Assembly (NCBI GenBank): GCA_003551965.1
Contig: PUOC01000206.1
Location: 1-53,499 of the forward strand
DNA from: Clostridiales bacterium
GTDB taxonomy: Bacteria > Bacillota > Limnochordia > Darwinibacteriales > B1SED10-159
Reading direction: 5' to 3'
DNA: 53,499 nt
Shown here: piece by piece, positions 48,399 to 53,499 of the stretch
Layout: each line of letters begins with the position of its first letter
Numbering within the stretch: the stretch's first letter is position 1
The notes under the pieces: model-generated
What the model saw: only the letters and a program-made list of their open reading frames with translations
Database searches by the model: none
What the model was told of the DNA's origin: nothing
Position numbers and translations under genes: made by a program

Positions 48399-48738
48399 GA
48401 TCCCGAAAAAATACCCATGTTTTTAACTTTTCACTCGCGACTTTTTAAACCGATTCCGGTGCAGACAAGGGGAGCGCTGCTGCACCAGAAAAGCATGGAT
48501 GCAATGACCTCTAAGAGAACAGCTCCGTGGCGGACCATTTGTGGAGCAGCCCGACCAGTCCCGGTTTGACATCGCAAGGGAAAAACGCATGCCTGCCGTT
48601 TGCATGAACCTTTTCCCGCGAAAACGGCTGAGCCGCTGTGGGAGAGAACGCTTGGAAATGGCGCCTACCCCTCGCGCTCCAGCCGCCGGCCGGAAGAAGG
48701 AAGCAGAGAGGCCGAACACCACTCAGCGCCAGGCGATG

Positions 48739-49170
48739 TCACTCCTCACCGCTGCTGTCGATCCAGACGTCGAAGAAACTGAGATCCGTTCGCTGGCTCC
48801 AGTGAAGTGCTTTCCAGAAATCTTTGGCCCGTTCATTGTCCCCATAGGTCACTAGGGAAGCTTTTCGAATGCCTTCTTCTGCCAGGCTGTCCAAGGCGGC
48901 CTGGACTAACGCACGCCCTACTCCTTCGCGGCGGTGCGCTTCATCGACACAGGCATGGTAGATATGGCCGCGCCGGCCATCGTGGCCACACAGGATGGCT
49001 CCCACCAATTTCTTGTCTACCAAGGCCACGAAGCACGAGCGAGGATTCCGCCGCAAAAACCGGGCCACTCCTTGTCTGGAGTCGTCCTCGCGGCGCATGC
49101 CTACACCCGGAGTTTTCTGCCACAGTGCAACCACTGCATCATAATCGCTTAGGTCCATCAATCGGATCAT
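48739..49170 (-). CDS. GNAT-family N-acetyltransferase
   Basis: IR.M...DY.AV.ALW, FL.RNP, GHDGRRG.IYH and RREGVG.ALV motifs. ATG at 49170 with RBS GGGAGG. Confidence 0.88.
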   Translation of the reverse strand: MIRLMDLSDYDAVVALWQKTPGVGMRREDDSRQGVARFLRRNPRSCFVALVDKKLVGAILCGHDGRRGHIYHACVDEAHRREGVGRALVQAALDSLAEEGIRKASLVTYGDNERAKDFWKALHWSQRTDLSFFDVWIDSSGEE

Positions 49171-49385
49171 GGGCTGTGTCCTCCCTTCCACATGGTCACA
49201 GGGACAGCGGCAGGCCATCGACTGCATCGCGTTGTCTTCTGATTCGACGCCCGCCCTCCCGCTCCTGCCCCTTGGCCATGCTGCCCCCGTATCGTTACAT
49301 GAGTAAGAAAAACCAACGCCCGTAGGAATTATTCTCCGAACAGCGAACCAGGACATATGGCTGAATTTTGAGGAGGAACCAATCC

Positions 49386-50072
49386 ATGACTGCCCATGTC
49401 TACGATCAGTTTTCTGTTAATATCGACCGAGGAAAGCTTTTTGAGCAGCTTCACGTCGTCGCCGGCAGCGATGATGCCGGTGTGCTTGATGAAATGTGCA
49501 GAGAGGCTGAACAGATAGGCCGCCCTAAGGTAATGGCTCGAACGTCCTACATCGAAGAAAAGGGCACAGACTTCGTGGTGGTCGACGGAATCCGCTTGTC
49601 AAGCCGGGTCCTGCGGGTGAACGTGGACCGGGCCTACAAACTCGTTCCTTACGTGGCCACCTGCGGCTTAGAGCTCGAACAGTGGTCAAAGGGGTATACG
49701 GATTTCCTGGAGCAGTATTGGGCTGACGCGGTCAAGCAGTGGATGATGCGTCAAGCTGTCAACGCGTTTCGCAGTACGCTTGGGGACGAGTTTGGCCTCA
49801 CACAGACAGCCACCATGAACCCCGGCTCCTTGGAAGATTGGCCTATTTCCGAACAACAGCATCTCTTTAAGCTGTTAGGTGACCCGGAATCCGCCATTGG
49901 CGTTACGTTAACGGATAGTTTCTTGATGATTCCATCCAAATCCGTCTCCGGAATCTGTTTCCCCACGGAAGTTAACTATTCCAACTGCCAGCTTTGTCCC
50001 CGGGAGGAATGCCCTGGGCGCATAGCCCCCTACGACCATGAACTCTACGAAACAAAATACACATTGCCATAG
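49386..50072 (+). CDS. Stand-alone cobalamin methionine synthase activation-domain-like protein
   Basis: YVATCG.ELE, MNPGSLEDWPISEQ..LF.LL, IGV.LT.S.LM.P.KSVSG and C-terminal CQLCPREECPGR. RBS GAGGAGG. Confidence 0.75.
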   Translation: MTAHVYDQFSVNIDRGKLFEQLHVVAGSDDAGVLDEMCREAEQIGRPKVMARTSYIEEKGTDFVVVDGIRLSSRVLRVNVDRAYKLVPYVATCGLELEQWSKGYTDFLEQYWADAVKQWMMRQAVNAFRSTLGDEFGLTQTATMNPGSLEDWPISEQQHLFKLLGDPESAIGVTLTDSFLMIPSKSVSGICFPTEVNYSNCQLCPREECPGRIAPYDHELYETKYTLP

Positions 50073-50226
50073 CGTTGTTTGGCCTGGCCAAGGCCGCTCT
50101 CCTCTCGCAAAGGGCAGAAGAGACTGGGTACATGACCGCTGTTTCATTGCAGGAAACGGCATAGGACATGGCGAAGACAGCACTTTCAGTTTCACCACTT
50201 TATATTATGAAGGGTTGCGAGAGACT

Positions 50227-51705
50227 ATGAAGCGCTGTCTATGGTTTGTTCTTATGCTGCTGTTACTGCTTCAAGGTACCGGTGTTTCCGCTGCCGAAGC
50301 GGAAACCACGGACATCCGAGATGCCATTGTCAAGATCTACTCTGTGTTTAATACGCCGGACTACTACAATCCTTGGAATATGCAGGGGCCTCGGAGTTCT
50401 ACAGGATCCGGTGCTGTCATCGAGGGGAACCGGATCTTGACCAATGCCCACGTAGTCAGTGACGTCACATTCCTGCAGGCGCGTCGCTACGGCGACACCG
50501 AACGATACCGGGCGCATGTAGCCTATGTATCACACCAGTCGGATTTGGCTGTGGTTGTCGTGGACGATCCCAGTTTCTTTGAAGGCATCACGCCCCTGTC
50601 CATTGGCGGACTTCCCGAAACCCATAAGGAAGTCGCCGTATACGGTTTTCCCATGGGCGGCGACACACTCAGCATCACCAAGGGCGTCGTGTCCCGTATT
50701 GAACACCAGCCCTATGTTCACAGTTCCTTCGGCCTGTTGGCAGGGCAGATCGATGCTGCAATCAATCCGGGCAGCAGCGGCGGGCCGGTGATTGTCGATG
50801 GTGAGCTCGTTGGTGTCATTATGCAGGGCATTCCTTCGGCGCAAAGCCTCGGATACATGGTACCAACGCCCATAATCCAACACTTTTTCGACGGTATTGC
50901 CTCAGGAAATTACCCCGGTTTTCCTAGTTTGGGGATCATCTGGCAGCGCATGGAAAATCCCGATCTGCGCTCCAAACATCAGATGCAGCCAGGCCAGACA
51001 GGCGTTTTGGTCAACCAGACCTATCCTGGCTCACCGGCCGATGGCAAGCTGCTGTCGGGCGATGTCGTCCTAGCCGTGGACGACTCTACGGTGGCCAATG
51101 ACGGAACGGTGGAATTTCGCAGCCGCGAACGGACCAGCATGTCCTACGTTGTCCAACAATACCAGGTGGGGGACACCATGTCCGTGACAATTCTTCGTGA
51201 CGGCGATGAGCTGACGATCCCCATCGAGCTCCATCGGCCGGCTGACAGGAACTGGCTGGTCCCGCACGAACAGTACGAAACACAGCCGCGGTACTTTATC
51301 TACGGCGGCTTGGTCTTCACGCAACTGACCAAGAACCTGCTGCAGGTCTGGGGAAGCGACTGGCGCAGTATCGGGCCTACGGAGCTTATCAGCTTCTATC
51401 GGAACAACATTCCTGAAGAGGAAGGCGATGAAGTGATCGTCCTGCTTCGCATCCTGCCCGATGATGTCAATACAGGCTATGAATCGGCGGCACCGATGGT
51501 CATAACCGATGTGAACGGCCAATCTGTGCGATCCCTGCAGGAGCTGGTGCAGGCGGTTGAAGGCCAAGAAGAACCCTTTACTACATTCCAGAGCGGGAGG
51601 GGACAGCTGATTGTCCTGGATCGGGCCAGTGCAGAAGAAAGCCGGGAACGCATCCTAACCTCCTACCGCATTGCGGCGGACCGTTCCGATGATCTGCTGC
51701 CATAG
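50227..51705 (+). CDS. Secreted HtrA/Deg-family serine protease with PDZ domains (Deg2/Deg9-like architecture)
   Basis: Signal peptide; TGSG.VI, LTNAHVV, DLA, GFPMGG..SIT.GVVSR and QIDAAINPGSSGGP motifs; PDZ domain and second PDZ-like region P.YFIYGGLVF. Confidence 0.9.
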   Translation: MKRCLWFVLMLLLLLQGTGVSAAEAETTDIRDAIVKIYSVFNTPDYYNPWNMQGPRSSTGSGAVIEGNRILTNAHVVSDVTFLQARRYGDTERYRAHVAYVSHQSDLAVVVVDDPSFFEGITPLSIGGLPETHKEVAVYGFPMGGDTLSITKGVVSRIEHQPYVHSSFGLLAGQIDAAINPGSSGGPVIVDGELVGVIMQGIPSAQSLGYMVPTPIIQHFFDGIASGNYPGFPSLGIIWQRMENPDLRSKHQMQPGQTGVLVNQTYPGSPADGKLLSGDVVLAVDDSTVANDGTVEFRSRERTSMSYVVQQYQVGDTMSVTILRDGDELTIPIELHRPADRNWLVPHEQYETQPRYFIYGGLVFTQLTKNLLQVWGSDWRSIGPTELISFYRNNIPEEEGDEVIVLLRILPDDVNTGYESAAPMVITDVNGQSVRSLQELVQAVEGQEEPFTTFQSGRGQLIVLDRASAEESRERILTSYRIAADRSDDLLP

Positions 51706-51714
51706 GAAATAGAT

Positions 51715-51750
51715 AAGCGGCCCTCAAAACTCGGGCCGCTTTTTTCTTTC
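51715..51750. terminator. Intrinsic terminator between the convergent protease and sulfatase genes
   Basis: AAGCGGCCC / GGGCCGCTT followed by a T tract. Confidence 0.75.
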
Positions 51751-51753
51751 CGT

Positions 51754-53061
51754 CTATTCAGGCTTCTCCCACCATGCCGTGCGATGGGCTTCAGCTGTCT
51801 GCTGCAGTTGTTTTCCTATTTCTGGATAGCGGTCAAACACGTTTGTCGTCTCTAAGGGATCCTCTTCCATGTCAAAGAGGGATAGATCAATGAAGGCATC
51901 CTCGTAGCGTCCCGGTTTACCATCCTGGCCCGCTTCTGCCACTGTTTTGTAAGTATGGGGAAGGTGCAGTTTCCACTTGCCGTCGCCGGTGATAATGCCT
52001 TCGAAGGTCCGGGCCGTGGAAAAGGGATAATAGGTGTGCGGATTGCTTGCCCCGGGCTGGTTGGTCAACAGGTCCCAGACATCACGGCCGTCAACGTCCT
52101 CTTGGGACAGCTCAGCGCCGGCCAGGCGAGCCCATGTGGGAAGCAGGTCCACTGTGTTGAATGCCTTGGTTGACACCGTTCCTGCCTCAATGTGCCCGGG
52201 ATAGGCCATAACGCAGGCACTCCGGGTACCGCCGTCGAAGGCCGTGGCCTTACCCTCTCGGTAGGGGGTGGAACCGGCGTGATTTCCATAAGAGAGCCAG
52301 GGTCCGTTGTCAGAGGTGAAGATAACCAACGTCTCCTCCATTTGGCCGGTGCTTTCCAGGGCGTCCATGACCTGGCCGAGGGACCAGTCGATTTCCATGA
52401 TCACGTCTCCATAGAGACCTGCCTTGGACTTTCCGTCAAACTTGTCACTGACATGCAGGGGGACGTGGGGCATATTGTGGGGGACATACAAGAAGAACGG
52501 CTGTTCTTGATGGCGGTGTATGAAATCCACCGCATCCTCTGTGTACCACGTGGTGAGCATCTTCTGCTGCTGTGGACTGACGTCGTCAATAATGACCTCA
52601 TCGTTCTTCCAATACTGCAGGGCGCAGGAATCGAAACGCCGGACCTCAGGATGATGCCTCCACATATCATTGGAATACATAAGTCCCGACGACTCGTCAA
52701 AACCGCGCTGCGGCGGCCGTGTTTCGGGCTGATCACCTACATGCCATTTACCGACGACAGCAGTGGCGTAGCCCGCCTTCTTGAGAACTTCTGCCGCCGT
52801 GGCAAAGGACGGATCAAGTCCCCGGGCCCGGGGCGGAATGGCCCCGTATACCTTATGCCGCTCCGGAAAGCATCCCGTCAGCAGTGAAGCTCGGGAGGCC
52901 GAACACACGGCCTGCGGAACATAACACTGCTGATAGGCACAGCCCATACCAGCCAACCGTTCCACATGGGGCGTTGGATACGGGGTCTCGCTAAAGGGGC
53001 GGAAGTCATTCCAGCCAGAGTCATCGAGAAACATGACAACGATATTCGGTTGTTTTTCCAT
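51754..53061 (-). CDS. Formylglycine-dependent (Cys-type) sulfatase, arylsulfatase A-like
   Basis: PNIVV..LDD.GW.D, CSASRASLLTG, GKWHVG, YSNDM, PHVPL, TSDNGPW and GK...FDGG.R motifs. Confidence 0.92.
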   Translation of the reverse strand: MEKQPNIVVMFLDDSGWNDFRPFSETPYPTPHVERLAGMGCAYQQCYVPQAVCSASRASLLTGCFPERHKVYGAIPPRARGLDPSFATAAEVLKKAGYATAVVGKWHVGDQPETRPPQRGFDESSGLMYSNDMWRHHPEVRRFDSCALQYWKNDEVIIDDVSPQQQKMLTTWYTEDAVDFIHRHQEQPFFLYVPHNMPHVPLHVSDKFDGKSKAGLYGDVIMEIDWSLGQVMDALESTGQMEETLVIFTSDNGPWLSYGNHAGSTPYREGKATAFDGGTRSACVMAYPGHIEAGTVSTKAFNTVDLLPTWARLAGAELSQEDVDGRDVWDLLTNQPGASNPHTYYPFSTARTFEGIITGDGKWKLHLPHTYKTVAEAGQDGKPGRYEDAFIDLSLFDMEEDPLETTNVFDRYPEIGKQLQQTAEAHRTAWWEKPE

Positions 53062-53170
53062 AGCTCACCTTCCTCACGAAATCGAGATCGCGCCTTGAAT
53101 ACTTCTCAACAGTGGAAGCTTGTCTCTGATCTCCTCTGAATGATCTTCCTCATTTTCCCGCCAACACCTT

Positions 53171-53200
53171 CTCTTCCCAACTATTCCCAACTCTTCCCAG
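53171..53200. repeat. Three tandem 10-bp direct repeats in a divergent promoter region
   Basis: CTCTTCCCAA CTATTCCCAA CTCTTCCCAG. Confidence 0.7.
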
Positions 53201-53222
53201 CATCCTACCAAAGCCGCCGGTC

Positions 53223-53251
53223 TTTACCCATGGAATTTCTTGCTGTATAAT
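53223..53251 (+). promoter_or_regulatory. Putative promoter of the last gene
   Basis: TTTACC-17 nt-TATAAT. Confidence 0.5.
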
Positions 53252-53322
53252 AACAGCAAAGCAAATACTTACTAAGTTACTTTTGTTTTTTGTTCTGACT
53301 TCACGAAAGGAGCGAACCTCTG

Positions 53323-53499
53323 ATGATGAGAAACCGCCGACTTTCCCGCACAACTTTGGTGGTGCTCTTACTAATTCCGACCCTGGTTCTAGGTTGGGCG
53401 CCAAGTATTTCCGCCGATGGGCAGGCTCTACATTCCGTCGATGACGTCGCTTTCACCATGTACCTAGCGCCGGCACTGCCGTTCCCCGCTGACAGCGAA
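53323..53499 (+). CDS. Secreted protein, N-terminal fragment (runs off the right edge)
   Basis: Not in the ORF track. RBS AAAGGAG; MMRNRRLSRTTLVVLLLIPTLVLGWAPSISA-DGQALHSVDDVAFTMYLAPALPFPADSE; open to the window end. Confidence 0.7.
   Translation, partial: MMRNRRLSRTTLVVLLLIPTLVLGWAPSISADGQALHSVDDVAFTMYLAPALPFPADSE

Noticed and set aside
48558-48575. CCCGGTTTGACA as a possible IS1634 terminal repeat
   Set aside because: The orientation does not fit a left end for the minus-strand ORF, and no partner repeat was found downstream of 46819.
49275-49300. Cobalamin riboswitch-like GCTGCCCCCG upstream of the MetH-activation-domain gene
   Set aside because: It lacks the GGGAA, GCCACUG and B12-box elements.
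1-53499. CRISPR arrays, tRNA/rRNA genes, prophage or defence systems
   Set aside because: No regularly spaced repeats, cloverleafs, or phage/defence motifs were found by reading; nearly all of the window is accounted for by metabolic genes.

Overview
A GC-rich, mostly metabolic chromosomal window from an anaerobic Firmicute-like bacterium. The evidence is a T-box, sigma70/sigmaA consensus promoters and GGAGG ribosome-binding sites. The solute-binding proteins are acidic and lack a lipobox, which hints at a diderm, possibly salt-adapted lineage (inference). Left to right it holds: a partial secreted Zn-phospholipase C/P1 nuclease-family gene missed by the ORF track; an M24 peptidase; an AraC-linked glycoside locus (GH63-like, solute-binding protein, GH36-like); a secreted ankyrin protein; a NagB-like / hydrolase / TIM-barrel / Gfo-Idh-MocA / Ldh_2 group; a DUF318 permease pair; the B12-dependent oxidative ornithine cluster (ord-ortA-ortB-oraS-oraE-reactivase, with no racemase); an alaA-type transaminase behind a T-box with a probable Ala (GCA) specifier; a sulfatase; a peptide ABC importer lacking ATPases; TetR plus a small beta-rich protein; ilvD-ilvB-ilvN-ilvC-leuA-cimA-leuC-leuD-leuB; aroF; a sulfurtransferase; DUF1349; a DUF192-like gene; an IS1634-derived ORF; a GNAT; a stand-alone MetH-activation-domain protein; a Deg/HtrA protease; a second sulfatase; and a partial secreted protein. 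Four candidates stand out. (1) An uninterrupted 520-aa IS1634-derived protein with an apparently broken catalytic triad, no visible IS ends and a leaderless promoter, possibly a domesticated transposase. (2) A Phe-rich leader-peptide attenuator in front of aroF. (3) The Ala T-box on alaA, back-to-back with the alanine-producing ornithine pathway. (4) A hairpin that appears to bridge a distant Shine-Dalgarno (SD) sequence to its start codon. No CRISPR array, tRNA or rRNA was seen. All family assignments come from motif recognition by eye, not from database searches.
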